From Candidatus Iainarchaeum sp. (GTDB lineage Archaea; Iainarchaeota; Iainarchaeia; Iainarchaeales; JAAZKV01), in the NCBI GenBank assembly GCA_026397015.1, contig JAPLVR010000006.1, positions 32,001-96,000 of the forward strand: a DNA stretch of 64,000 bases. Reading direction: 5' to 3'. Below, piece after piece: positions 25,898 through 35,934 of this stretch. Under the pieces are notes generated by a model that saw only the letters and a list, made by a program, of their open reading frames with translations, did no database searches and was not told the origin of the DNA. Position 1 is the first letter of the stretch. Every line of letters begins with the position of its first letter. Made by a program: the position numbers and the translations under genes.

Positions 25898-28345
25898 ATG
25901 AAAAATATTCTCTGGTTTAATGAAATACACATAGCGGATATTCCGATGGTCGGGGGAAAAGGCGCCTCACTTGGGGAGATGGCCAACAACGGCTTTCCAG
26001 TTCCACCCGGATTCGCGGTAACGGCACAGGCATATTTTCATTTTATTCAAAAAACAAAAATTCAGGACCAAATCGTCGCCAAAATTGACGCAATCGATGT
26101 TGAAAACACGGATGAACTGGAAAAGGCAAGCGCGGAAGTGCGCGAACTAATAATGAACACAAAAATGCCTCTCGAAATAAAAACCGAAATAATCGCGCAC
26201 TACAAAAAACTCGGGGAATCGCAATTCGCATGGATTACGAGCAAGCGGGAAGAATACGTTGCCGTAAGAAGCTCCGCAACCGCGGAAGATTTGCCGGAAG
26301 CGAGCTTCGCAGGGCAACAGGAAACCTATTTGAATGTAAGAGGCTACGATCCGGTTGTTCACGCGGTTAAAAAATGCTGGGCATCGCTTTTCACCGCACG
26401 CGCAGTTTATTACAGAAAGAAAAATGGCTTCGGCACAAAAGACGTCGGTTTATCGGCAATCGTGCAAAAAATGATTCAAAGCGATGTAAGCGGAATACTG
26501 TTTACCGCGGATCCATCTGGAGGAGACACAACAAAAATAATAATCGAAGCGGGGCTCGGACTGGGCGAAACCGTCGTGAGCGGAAGCATTACTCCGGACA
26601 ACTATGTTGTTGACAAGGAAACAATGGGAATCATAGGGAAAAAAATAAATTACCAGGAATGGAAGCTCATAAAAAAAGGCGGCGAGAATCGGCGCATCGA
26701 ACTCTCAAAATCCGAAGGGCAACTCCAAAAACTCCCTGAAGAAAAAATAATCGAACTCGCAAGAATAGGAAAGCACGTAGAAGACCATTACAAGAAACCG
26801 ATGGACATTGAGTGGGCGATGGAAAAAAATGTTTTATACATTGTGCAGGCGCGGCCGATAACGGCGCTCGACAAAAAAATTGCAAAAACAAAAGTTGAAA
26901 CTGGAGAGAAACCGATTGTCGAAGGATTGGGCGCATCCCCGGGAATAGTTACCGGAAAAGTGCGGGTCGCGGTAGACATAAGCGAGAGTTCGAAAATTGT
27001 GCAGGGCGACATCCTTGTAACAAAAATGACTTCCCCTTCCTGGGTGCCGATAATGAAAAGAACTTCGGGAATAATAACGGATGAAGGGGGGTCGACATGC
27101 CACGCTGCAATCGTTAGCCGCGAGCTCGGCATACCCTGCATAGTCGGAACAGGAAATTCAACGCAAATCCTTGTTGATGGAGAAGAAGTGACGCTTGATG
27201 GATTCAGGGGAAAAGTTTATCGGGGAAAACTCGAAATAAAAGCGGATAAAAAAGAAATAACTGTTTTGGAGGAAAAAGAAGTCGATGAACTCGAAGAGGG
27301 AGTAGTCAAAGAATCAAAAAAAGAAATAAACATAGGGAATTTGAGCGACCGGGCTTCTGAGATAAGGGAAAAATATAAAGAAAAATTCGAAACAATGGCT
27401 CCTGAAAAAAAGGCCGCCGAAGAAAAGGAACTTCTCGGACTTCTAAAAGAACTTTCAATAAAGGTGAAGGTAAATGTTGCGCTGCCGGATGCCGCGGAAC
27501 AGGCCGCAAAAACAAACGCCGACGGCGTTGGTTTATTGAGAGCCGAACACATGATTACAAGCTCAGGAATGCACCCCGCGGAATTCATACGGCAGGGAAA
27601 ATATAATGAACTCAAGGAAACAGTTAAAAAAGGAATCAAAATCGTTGCTGAAAAATTTTCTGGGCCCGTATGGTTCAGGACATTTGACGCAAGAACAGAT
27701 GAATTCAAGGAACTCGCCGGCGGAGAAAAAGAACAAAAGGAAGATAACCCTATGATTGGCTGGCACGGAATAAGAAGGGATTTAGACGAACCTGGAATGT
27801 TCAAGGCACAGATTGAGGCAATTAAGGAACTGCATGACGAGGGGCTGAAAAATGTCGGGGTGATGCTGCCTTTTGTTCAAAGCGTCGAGGAAGTTACGGG
27901 CGCGAAACAGATTGCAAAAGAAATCGGCCTGCAAAAAGAAGTTGATTTCGGAATAATGGTTGAGACGCCCGCTGCGGTCTGGATAATTGATGAAATGATT
28001 CCGCACATAAATTTTATTTCATTCGGCACAAACGACCTCACCCAGCTCACTTTGGGCCTCGACAGGAACAACCAGAAAATCCAGAAACAATTCAACGAAA
28101 TGCACCCTGCGGTTTTAAGAGAGCTTGAATATGTAATAAACAAATGCAAAAAGGCTGGCGTGAAAACAAGCATCTGCGGGCAGGCGGCAAGCAATCCTGA
28201 AATGGTAAAAAGGCTTGTTTGGATGGGAATTGATTCCGTTTCCGCAAACATAGATGCGGTTGAAGAGATAAGAAAAATTGTAATGATTGAGGAAAAGAAA
28301 AAAATAATTGAGAACTACGAGAGGGGACTGCAAACAAAAAAATAA
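25898..28345 (+). CDS. ppsA: Phosphoenolpyruvate synthase
   Basis: GGKGASLGE, AVRSSATAED..ASFAGQQ, GGSTCHAAIVSRE, MVETPAA, FGTNDLTQ, SICGQ. Confidence 0.96.
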   Translation: MKNILWFNEIHIADIPMVGGKGASLGEMANNGFPVPPGFAVTAQAYFHFIQKTKIQDQIVAKIDAIDVENTDELEKASAEVRELIMNTKMPLEIKTEIIAHYKKLGESQFAWITSKREEYVAVRSSATAEDLPEASFAGQQETYLNVRGYDPVVHAVKKCWASLFTARAVYYRKKNGFGTKDVGLSAIVQKMIQSDVSGILFTADPSGGDTTKIIIEAGLGLGETVVSGSITPDNYVVDKETMGIIGKKINYQEWKLIKKGGENRRIELSKSEGQLQKLPEEKIIELARIGKHVEDHYKKPMDIEWAMEKNVLYIVQARPITALDKKIAKTKVETGEKPIVEGLGASPGIVTGKVRVAVDISESSKIVQGDILVTKMTSPSWVPIMKRTSGIITDEGGSTCHAAIVSRELGIPCIVGTGNSTQILVDGEEVTLDGFRGKVYRGKLEIKADKKEITVLEEKEVDELEEGVVKESKKEINIGNLSDRASEIREKYKEKFETMAPEKKAAEEKELLGLLKELSIKVKVNVALPDAAEQAAKTNADGVGLLRAEHMITSSGMHPAEFIRQGKYNELKETVKKGIKIVAEKFSGPVWFRTFDARTDEFKELAGGEKEQKEDNPMIGWHGIRRDLDEPGMFKAQIEAIKELHDEGLKNVGVMLPFVQSVEEVTGAKQIAKEIGLQKEVDFGIMVETPAAVWIIDEMIPHINFISFGTNDLTQLTLGLDRNNQKIQKQFNEMHPAVLRELEYVINKCKKAGVKTSICGQAASNPEMVKRLVWMGIDSVSANIDAVEEIRKIVMIEEKKKIIENYERGLQTKK

Positions 28346-28394
28346 TTCGGCCGTTTTAGAAAGCAATTTAATCCTTCCCGAACCATTTATTTTC

Positions 28395-29381
28395 ATGCTC
28401 AAGCTCGAACTGAACGAGGCGGTGGAAAAACTCAAAAAAATTCACGCGAAAAAAATACTCCTTCAAATTCCGGAGGGATTGAAAACAAAAGTAGATGATA
28501 TAATTGAAGAGCTTGAGAGCAACGGATTTGATATTGCCGCGTCGATGGACCCGTGCTTCGGTGCCTGTGATTTAAAGGAAAACGAGGCAAAAATACTGGG
28601 CTGCGACGCGATTTTGCACTTGGGCCACAGCCCCTTTATTGAAAAAACAAAAATTCCGACAATTTATGCGTTCCTGCGCTATGACCTCGGCGGCGGATTT
28701 GAAGAAATTTCAGAAACACTTGCAAAATACCTGAAAAAAAGCGGAATAAATTCAATTGGGCTGACAACAACAATCCAGTTCATAGAATATTTGCCAAAGC
28801 TGAAACGGGTGCTTGAAAAAAACAAAATCAAGGCGGTAATCGGAAAAGGGAAAAGGGTTCTTGACGGGCAGGTTCTCGGCTGCAACTACTCTTCCGCAGC
28901 AGTCGGCACAAACACAATTCTTTTCTTTGGAGACGGTTTATTCCACCCGCTTGGAATCAGCTTTGCAACCGGAAAAAAAGTTATAACAGTGAATCCGTTC
29001 ACAAAAGAAATCAAGGAACTCTGCGAAGAAAAAGAAACTTTCATGCGGCGGAGAATAATGCTAATAGAAAAAGCGAAGGAAGCGGGCGATTTCGGAATAC
29101 TTGTTTCAACAAAAACCGGGCAGAACAGGATTTCGCTCGCAAAAAAAATAAAGGAGCTGCTGGAGCTTGCCGGCAAAAAAGCAAAAATATATTCGACTGA
29201 TACAATTTCAGAATCTTCGCTGCTTGGCGCGAAAGCTGAAGTGCTGATAAACACTGCCTGCCCGAGGATTGCGTTTGACGATTTCGGCAGCTTCAAACAG
29301 CCGATTTTGAATTCAAATGAAGTCGGAATACTTTTGGGGAAGAAAACTTACGACGATTATTTTATTGAGGAAACCTATTAG
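28395..29381 (+). CDS. dph2: Diphthamide biosynthesis enzyme Dph2
   Basis: Q.PEGLK, CFGACDL, GQVLGC, GDGLFH, TACPR. Confidence 0.94.
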   Translation: MLKLELNEAVEKLKKIHAKKILLQIPEGLKTKVDDIIEELESNGFDIAASMDPCFGACDLKENEAKILGCDAILHLGHSPFIEKTKIPTIYAFLRYDLGGGFEEISETLAKYLKKSGINSIGLTTTIQFIEYLPKLKRVLEKNKIKAVIGKGKRVLDGQVLGCNYSSAAVGTNTILFFGDGLFHPLGISFATGKKVITVNPFTKEIKELCEEKETFMRRRIMLIEKAKEAGDFGILVSTKTGQNRISLAKKIKELLELAGKKAKIYSTDTISESSLLGAKAEVLINTACPRIAFDDFGSFKQPILNSNEVGILLGKKTYDDYFIEETY

Positions 29382-29443
29382 AACCTATTAACAGACTTTG
29401 TTCCAAAAATTAATCTTCAACAAAATCTAATTTTCAGCGAAAT

Positions 29444-30283
29444 TTAATCTTCCTCGTCTTCTTTTTCTTCGGAAGCCGAAGCCGTTTGAACAATTGTTCC
29501 CTTGAATTGTTCCCCGCGAATACATGCCTTGAAATTAGTTAAGTCGCTTCCATTTATGAAAAAGCTTCTTACCTTGCTGCGCCACAAAATATTTGCAGCG
29601 TGAACGTCGACAAAGGTGTGCGCACCCGGCTTTGAGGCAATCGCCTTAACGAGCGAAAGCATTTTCGTGTGGGTAAGCTCTTCAAACATTTTAGTACCTG
29701 GATGAACAGCAGGGTCGGAAGCATAAATTCCGTCAACGTTGCTTAGGTTGCAAAAATCACACTGCAAATACTCCGCAATCGAAGCAGCAACCGCATCAGT
29801 CGTCTGGCCCGGCATGTTGCCCGCGAAAACAGGCGTTCTTCCGAATGAGAGCACTTTGCGCGCCATTTTGACATCCTGCAAAACGTCCTTCCACGCATTT
29901 TCAATATTGTAGGTGAAAAGCAGAACATTGGATTTTGTAACGGAAATTCCAACCTCATCCATTTCAAAATTGTTCGCCCCCAGGGATTTCGCGGACGCCT
30001 GATAGGTTCGCGCAACCTGCCCGCCGCCCACAACCAAAACAAACGCAAACCCCCCCTTAATCAAATCATTAACAGTTTCACAAAACTTTGCTATGTGCGC
30101 CGTTTTTGGTTTATCATCAAAAAAAAGCGAGCCGCCGACGCTAAGAACAATCGTTTTTTTGGGATTATAATAACCTATCGAGGCGCTGTTTGAACCGGTT
30201 GCAGAAGACGGTGAACCTTCGCCCCTTGCTTCGTCTGCCTGTTTATTCTGGTCGTCCCAGTTCTGAAACATGTCAAACATCAA
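29444..30283 (-). CDS. pyrH: UMP kinase (archaeal type)
   Basis: SVGGS, VVGGG..AR.Y, D.VGI, PGQTTDAVAA, NVDGIY.SDP. Confidence 0.93.
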   Translation of the reverse strand: MMFDMFQNWDDQNKQADEARGEGSPSSATGSNSASIGYYNPKKTIVLSVGGSLFFDDKPKTAHIAKFCETVNDLIKGGFAFVLVVGGGQVARTYQASAKSLGANNFEMDEVGISVTKSNVLLFTYNIENAWKDVLQDVKMARKVLSFGRTPVFAGNMPGQTTDAVAASIAEYLQCDFCNLSNVDGIYASDPAVHPGTKMFEELTHTKMLSLVKAIASKPGAHTFVDVHAANILWRSKVRSFFINGSDLTNFKACIRGEQFKGTIVQTASASEEKEDEED

Positions 30284-30459
30284 AAACCACTCTCAACCAA
30301 TTGCTAAAAAACCTTTTTTGCCCCAAAGCGCTTAATAGCATTTATTAATTTAATGATACCGAAATATATGAATTTACTCATTTAAATACGTTTCTGAACG
30401 CATAAAAGGCGCGTGCAAAAAACTGCCCAAAACGGGGATTAAAATTAAAAGTGGTTTTT

Positions 30460-31704
30460 ATGAAGCAGATAGAAGAGGTTTCAAGCTCTGACCTGGCGGT
30501 GTTCAGAAAGAAGTTGAAGATGCTTGAAAAGTTCAAGGGCAAAAATACCGAGCTGATAACGGTTTACATACCGGAGGCCGCCGACAGGAGCTCCGTAATG
30601 GGCCAACTCACCGAAGAAATAAGCCAGAGCTCGAACATAAAGAGCCCAAGCACAAGGAAAAACGTTCAGGGCGCGCTTAGAAAAATAACAACCTTCCTTA
30701 AAAAAATAAATTTCAAAATTCCGCACAACGGGCTGGTGGTGTTTGCCGGCAATGTTTCGCCGGTTGATGGAAGGGGCGACATCAGGATTTTCACGGTAAA
30801 TCCGGTAAAAAATCTGAAAATCAAACTTTATTGGTGCGACTCCGAATTTCATCTCGATTATTTGAAGGAAATGATGGCGCCGAATGATTTTTATGCAATA
30901 ATCACAATCGACAAGAACGAGGCGACGATTGCGCAGCTTTACGGAAGAAAATACGAAATTTTGGGCCATTTTACGTCAATGGTGCCTGGAAAGACGAGGG
31001 CGGGTGGTCAGAGTGCCCCCCGCTTCGAAAGGCTGAGGGAGGAAGCGGCCCAGGACTTTTTCAAAAGGATAAGCGAAAAGGTGAACAATTATTTTGTAAG
31101 CTACGGCGACAGGCTGAAGGGCGTGATTATCGGCGGCCCGGGAATAACAAAAAATTATTTCATAAACAAAGGACTCATCCACCACGAGATTTCAAAAAAA
31201 ATAATCGGCGTGCTTGACATATCCTACACCGACGAGTCGGGAGTAAGGGAGATAGTCCAAAAAAGCGAAGAGCTGCTGAAAGACACCGACCTGATGAAAG
31301 AAAAGGTGATGATGGACAAGTTTCTGGGCGAAATAGCAAAAAACGGGCTGGCAACTTACGGGCAGAAGGAAGTCGAAGAGGCGCTTGAAGCCGGGAGGGT
31401 TTCGAAGCTTGTAATTTCAGAAGGAATCGAATGGATGGTTGTGAAAAAAATCTGCGGCAAATGCAACAGCGAAGAAATCGAAATCGTAAAAACCGACAAA
31501 GACTATGAAAATTCAAAATGGCGCTGCTCTAAGTGCGATGCAACCGGCGAAATAGTCGAAGAGGTAGATTACCTTGATTACATGCTGGAAAAAGCAAAAG
31601 CGGTCGGCGCGGAAGTGATGGTGGTGAGCACCGAAACGGCGGAAGGGAAGCAATTCTACGAAGGCTTCGGCGGGCTCGGCGCGATGCTCCGCTACAAAGG
31701 GTAA
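30460..31704 (+). CDS. prf1: Peptide chain release factor aRF1
   Basis: NIKS, YWCD, GGQSAPRFERLRE, GGPG, FGGLGAMLRY. Confidence 0.97.
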   Translation: MKQIEEVSSSDLAVFRKKLKMLEKFKGKNTELITVYIPEAADRSSVMGQLTEEISQSSNIKSPSTRKNVQGALRKITTFLKKINFKIPHNGLVVFAGNVSPVDGRGDIRIFTVNPVKNLKIKLYWCDSEFHLDYLKEMMAPNDFYAIITIDKNEATIAQLYGRKYEILGHFTSMVPGKTRAGGQSAPRFERLREEAAQDFFKRISEKVNNYFVSYGDRLKGVIIGGPGITKNYFINKGLIHHEISKKIIGVLDISYTDESGVREIVQKSEELLKDTDLMKEKVMMDKFLGEIAKNGLATYGQKEVEEALEAGRVSKLVISEGIEWMVVKKICGKCNSEEIEIVKTDKDYENSKWRCSKCDATGEIVEEVDYLDYMLEKAKAVGAEVMVVSTETAEGKQFYEGFGGLGAMLRYKG

Positions 31705-31723
31705 TCTAAGTTTTTTGATTTTT

Positions 31724-32986
31724 ATGGAACCAGTCTTTGTTACAAGTACTGAAACGCTTGGCGGAAGAATAAAGCAGCGCTACTCCGATTTTATTGTCGA
31801 AGAAGTTTTAACCGACGGAAGAATCTGCAAAGTCGAAAAATTTGACAAGGGATTTACCGAAAGGCCCGAAATTGAAAAAATGAATGTTCCACCCTCGGAT
31901 GGAAAGGAACAGCTTTTGCTTGACTTGGAAAAAATAAACCAGGACACAAACTTTGTTTTCGCAAGGCTTGCCCGCGGGCTGAATGTGAGCAAAACAAGAA
32001 TCGGATATGCGGGGCTGAAAGACAAGCGCGGGATAAGCTGCCAAAGGATAAGTCTTTATCGGCCTGATCCAAAAAGAATTGAACATTTTGGTTTTAGAGG
32101 AATCGAATTGAGAAATCCTGAATGGAGCGACAAAAGAATTGAATTGGGCGAGCTTAAAGGGAATAATTTTACAATCACAATCAGGGGAATCGAGAAAAAT
32201 GAGGAAGAGGCAGGAAAAATAATTTCTGAATTTGCGGAGCAAGCGAAAAGCGGATTGCCAAATTTTTTTGGAAACCAGCGCTTCGGCGGAAAGAGAGAAA
32301 TAACACACAAAGTGGGTCGGCTCCTTTTAGATAAGAAATTTGAGGAAGCTGTAATGCTTTACTTGGTTGAAACTTATCCTGAAGAAAAAGAGGAATTAAG
32401 GAATGCAAGAATTAACCTGGCAAAAACAAAAAATTTTTCAGAAGCATTAAAAGAATTTCCTGCGGCAGATGCAAGAGGCGAGCTAGCGATGCTAAACCAC
32501 TTATGCAATAGTCCAACGGATTTTGCGGGCGCCTTCGGAAAGCTTCCGAAAAAAATGCGCTACCTTTTCGTGCACGCTTACCAAAGTTTCATCTTCAACA
32601 AAATAATTCAGGAAAGGCTTTGCCAATTTGGAGAGAAAGGATTGGAAAAAATTGACGGCGATGAAATGATTGAGGGCGAACCCGCCGCTCTGCTGCCCGG
32701 ATTTGAAAGCAAATTTGCGGAAGGAAAGGCTGAAGAAATTGAGCGAAAAATCCTTGCAGAAGAAGGAGTCGATTTTCGAAATTTTAAGGTCGGGGGAATG
32801 GGCGAGCTCTCAAGCAAGGGAAGCAGAAAAAGCATTGTTTTGAGGCCTGAAAATTTTAAACTAATTGAAGTTGGAACAGATGAATTCAACGAAGGCAAGC
32901 GGTTTGCAAAGGTTTCATTCTTTTTGAGCAAGGGAAATTATGCGACGACCGTGATGAGAGAATTGCTGAAGGAAGAAGTGTTTTAA
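31724..32986 (+). CDS. truD: tRNA pseudouridine(13) synthase TruD
   Basis: DFIVEE, YAGLKDKR, GNNFTI, NFFGNQRFG, HAYQS..FN, G.YAT...RE. Confidence 0.95.
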   Translation: MEPVFVTSTETLGGRIKQRYSDFIVEEVLTDGRICKVEKFDKGFTERPEIEKMNVPPSDGKEQLLLDLEKINQDTNFVFARLARGLNVSKTRIGYAGLKDKRGISCQRISLYRPDPKRIEHFGFRGIELRNPEWSDKRIELGELKGNNFTITIRGIEKNEEEAGKIISEFAEQAKSGLPNFFGNQRFGGKREITHKVGRLLLDKKFEEAVMLYLVETYPEEKEELRNARINLAKTKNFSEALKEFPAADARGELAMLNHLCNSPTDFAGAFGKLPKKMRYLFVHAYQSFIFNKIIQERLCQFGEKGLEKIDGDEMIEGEPAALLPGFESKFAEGKAEEIERKILAEEGVDFRNFKVGGMGELSSKGSRKSIVLRPENFKLIEVGTDEFNEGKRFAKVSFFLSKGNYATTVMRELLKEEVF

Positions 32987-33070
32987 AACGACAAACCTGC
33001 AATTTTATTAATGAAAACTGCCTTACAATTGATTTTTGTCATGGAGGTTAGATTGATTACAAATTTGTCA

Positions 33071-33715
33071 TCATGTACAGCCAAGCTCTTCAACAATTGC
33101 ATTCGTAGAAGGAAGTTTGTAATGCACGACTCCGTTTATTATCAAACTCGGGGATGATTGCACATTATACTTTGCTTCAACCATTTCGGTAAAACTATAT
33201 TTTTCCATTCTGAAAGGCAACGCAAAAATCCTTACATCCTTGCACCTATTTTTTACTTCCTCAAGCACATTTACAAAAGGATCGCATTCAATCGAACAGT
33301 TTTCAAATGGATAAAAATAAATTATCGGCTTCATCGAATAGTTGCAGTCGATTATTGCCTGTTGAACCTTTGCAAAAACAAGCATGTTACCGACAACATA
33401 ATTTCTTTTCAGCGTTTCATAGTCATCAAAAATAAACGATTGCTTATAACTTGGCAGCACTTTGCCAATATCATAAAGTTGAATATTTATCAGGTCAATA
33501 TTTTTTGTGAGCAGTTTGCATTTGTTTTCAAGGTTTTCATCCAATTTATAAAACTCATTATAAAGCCTGTCCAACTGGCCCACAAAATAAACATTGTTTA
33601 TGCGCTGGCTAATCTCACTCTTGGCAACGGTTTCAAACATAAATATTGAGACCGCAACGGAAAATATTATTGCAATTGCGCATAACAGCGCTATCACATA
33701 GATACTCTTACCCAT
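33071..33715 (-). CDS. Membrane-anchored protein with C-terminal thioredoxin-like fold
   Basis: N-terminal TM helix; IIYFY..CSIECDP..L, KYNV.S.PSLIING; overlaps the GT2 stop. Confidence 0.7.
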   Translation of the reverse strand: MGKSIYVIALLCAIAIIFSVAVSIFMFETVAKSEISQRINNVYFVGQLDRLYNEFYKLDENLENKCKLLTKNIDLINIQLYDIGKVLPSYKQSFIFDDYETLKRNYVVGNMLVFAKVQQAIIDCNYSMKPIIYFYPFENCSIECDPFVNVLEEVKNRCKDVRIFALPFRMEKYSFTEMVEAKYNVQSSPSLIINGVVHYKLPSTNAIVEELGCT

Positions 33716-35019
33716 CTAGATTCACTGCCAATTAATTCTTTCAAGAGGCTTAGCAAATAAACCAAAGCCAAAATAAAAGGATAAACCAAATAATTAAATA
33801 ACAATGCAGGCAAATCTGAAATCTTAAAACGATATTTTGCCGCCGAAAGCCCCAGATATGCATAAAGTAAGAGAACTGCATAGGAAAAGAGACAAAGAAG
33901 CAGCATGGATGTTATCATAAATTCGCCAAGGTGAAAATTCAATAAGATGTTTTCAGTAAAAAAAAGATTAACCTCAAGCATCGCAAATCTGAATAATTCT
34001 GAAAAAAACATTACAGAAAGCCTAATGAAGAGGGTTAGTGACATAAGTTCCAGAAAAAAAAGAACGGGTAATCCAAAAAAACCAAGGTCAAAGTTTGTTT
34101 TGTTGAAAAAAAGCCTTTTGTACTTAAACAAGTTGTAAAGCCGCCCCCTGAACCATCTTTCTCTTTGTATAAGTAATTTTTTCCAAGTGTTTGGAACATC
34201 CGTAAGAGCAACAGCTTCAAAACAGGTTTCAAGTTTATACCCTGATGCATGAAGCCTTAGGGCCATTTCCATATCTTCGGTAGGGTTGTCAAAATCAAAA
34301 CCGCCTATTTTTTTTAAAACAACCGTCCTAAATATTATCGTTGCACCAGGAAACCCCACTCTGGCATTTATTTTTGAAAGAAGCGCTGCCCACAAACCTA
34401 ACCCGCCGGCGTATTCAAAAAACTGTAATTTTTTTATGAATTTGCTTGTTTCATCTGGAAGGACAAGACAGCTTACGGCGCCAACCTTTTTGTCACCCTC
34501 AAAATAACCCATCGTTTTAAGGAAGATCTCCTTTTCTGGATATGTGTCCGAATCCACAAACGCGACAAAGTCCGTGCGTACATATTTTAAGCCTACATTC
34601 AAAACGGCGGCCTTTGAGCCCGAATTTTTTGCCAATCGAATCAATTTAATATGTGCGATTTTTTTCAAAACCTCAGATGTTCCATCGTCAGAACAGTCAT
34701 CCACTACAATAATACTAATTTTTCCAGAGTAATTTATTGACTTTAATGAAAAAATACACTTCGCAATAGTTCCTTTGGAGTTATACGTGGGAACAATAAT
34801 TGAAATTGGAGGAAAATCTGAAGGTTTCCTTGCACCCCCGACAAAGCCATATTCAATGTAAATCAACAAGAAAAAACAAAAAACAAAAAGCCCCAAAAAA
34901 GTGGTGACAAAAAGCAAGTAAAAAATATTTGCAAAAAGAGAAAGCACTGCAAAAAAACACATAATTAAAAAAATCACAAGAAGCAAAACCCTATCTTCAA
35001 GCCCCATTTTTTTTATCAT
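33694..35019 (-). CDS. Processive GT2 glycosyltransferase (cellulose/PNAG/hyaluronan synthase-like)
   Basis: IIVPTYN, VDDCSDD, FVDSD, TED, QRERW (QxxRW); TM helices at both ends. Confidence 0.9.
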   Translation of the reverse strand: MIKKMGLEDRVLLLVIFLIMCFFAVLSLFANIFYLLFVTTFLGLFVFCFFLLIYIEYGFVGGARKPSDFPPISIIVPTYNSKGTIAKCIFSLKSINYSGKISIIVVDDCSDDGTSEVLKKIAHIKLIRLAKNSGSKAAVLNVGLKYVRTDFVAFVDSDTYPEKEIFLKTMGYFEGDKKVGAVSCLVLPDETSKFIKKLQFFEYAGGLGLWAALLSKINARVGFPGATIIFRTVVLKKIGGFDFDNPTEDMEMALRLHASGYKLETCFEAVALTDVPNTWKKLLIQRERWFRGRLYNLFKYKRLFFNKTNFDLGFFGLPVLFFLELMSLTLFIRLSVMFFSELFRFAMLEVNLFFTENILLNFHLGEFMITSMLLLCLFSYAVLLLYAYLGLSAAKYRFKISDLPALLFNYLVYPFILALVYLLSLLKELIGSESRWVRVSM

Positions 35020-35074
35020 TTAAAACCAAACCTCGGAATAAAAACCCGACCGCCAAGGGCCGTGTAAATATCAA

Positions 35075-35803
35075 TTATCCAATCTGCCCTATCACATCAT
35101 TTATCCTGCTGATTATTTTCGCAGCATCCTGATAAATTTGGGACATAATTTTTAGGTTCAGCGTGCCAACGTCCTTGCTTTTTGCGTAAAAAATTTCCAT
35201 TTTTCCCTTTGAAAGCACAACTTTATCTTCGCTGCCTTTACCTATCAGGACCTTCATTTTTCCGCTGTCCAAGAGAATTTCGGAGCATTTTTCCGCGCTT
35301 ATTTGCTCGCTTTTGTTGGTGTCGCCCCAATTGGTGTGGCAATAAAGCAACTGCCCCACCGCCGTCGTTGTTGTTGCTGTCTCTGGTGGCAACTGCTGTT
35401 GGGAACCCGCACCAGCATAAACGCGGAGCAACTGAACCGGCTTTTGACCATTTGAAATTAAAACGACCTGCCAGAGGTTCATTGAATTTGCAACCAGCTG
35501 ATCAGTTTTCCCTTCTATGAATTCGGGGGAAACATAAACCTCTTTCGCCTCCTTAAATTCTTTAAAAAAATCATTTGGGGAATATTCATTTGAGTAGTAG
35601 CTTACTCCGCCTCTTTGAAACGAAAATTTGTAAGGGTTCAAAAAACCCAGGTAGTTTGCCAAAAAAATGGCAATTGCGATTAGTGCTATTGCGCCAAAAC
35701 CAAGAAGCAGATTTTTCTTTGTAAATATTTTTTTGCCGCTTTTCTGCCTTTTACCGGCTGATTTTGCACCCAACTCTTCGACCTTTTTCCTCAATTTGCG
35801 CAT
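35075..35803 (-). CDS. Hypothetical membrane-anchored protein
   Basis: Basic N-terminus, single TM helix, soluble domain with two Cys. Confidence 0.7.
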   Translation of the reverse strand: MRKLRKKVEELGAKSAGKRQKSGKKIFTKKNLLLGFGAIALIAIAIFLANYLGFLNPYKFSFQRGGVSYYSNEYSPNDFFKEFKEAKEVYVSPEFIEGKTDQLVANSMNLWQVVLISNGQKPVQLLRVYAGAGSQQQLPPETATTTTAVGQLLYCHTNWGDTNKSEQISAEKCSEILLDSGKMKVLIGKGSEDKVVLSKGKMEIFYAKSKDVGTLNLKIMSQIYQDAAKIISRINDVIGQIG

Positions 35804-35884
35804 AGATTATTAGAAATAACAAAGGAATAAAAACAAACCTAATTTCTTTCGGTCGAGAAAATAAAAACAAAACAATTGAGAAAT

Positions 35885-35922
35885 AAAAAAAAGAAAAAAG
35901 GGGGGATTTCTCCCCGCCTTTT
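35885..35922 (-). terminator. Hairpin plus T-tract terminator after the S-layer gene
   Basis: Minus strand aaaaggcgggga-gaaa-tccccccttttttctttttttt. Confidence 0.75.
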
Positions 35923-35934
35923 ATGAATTTATAT

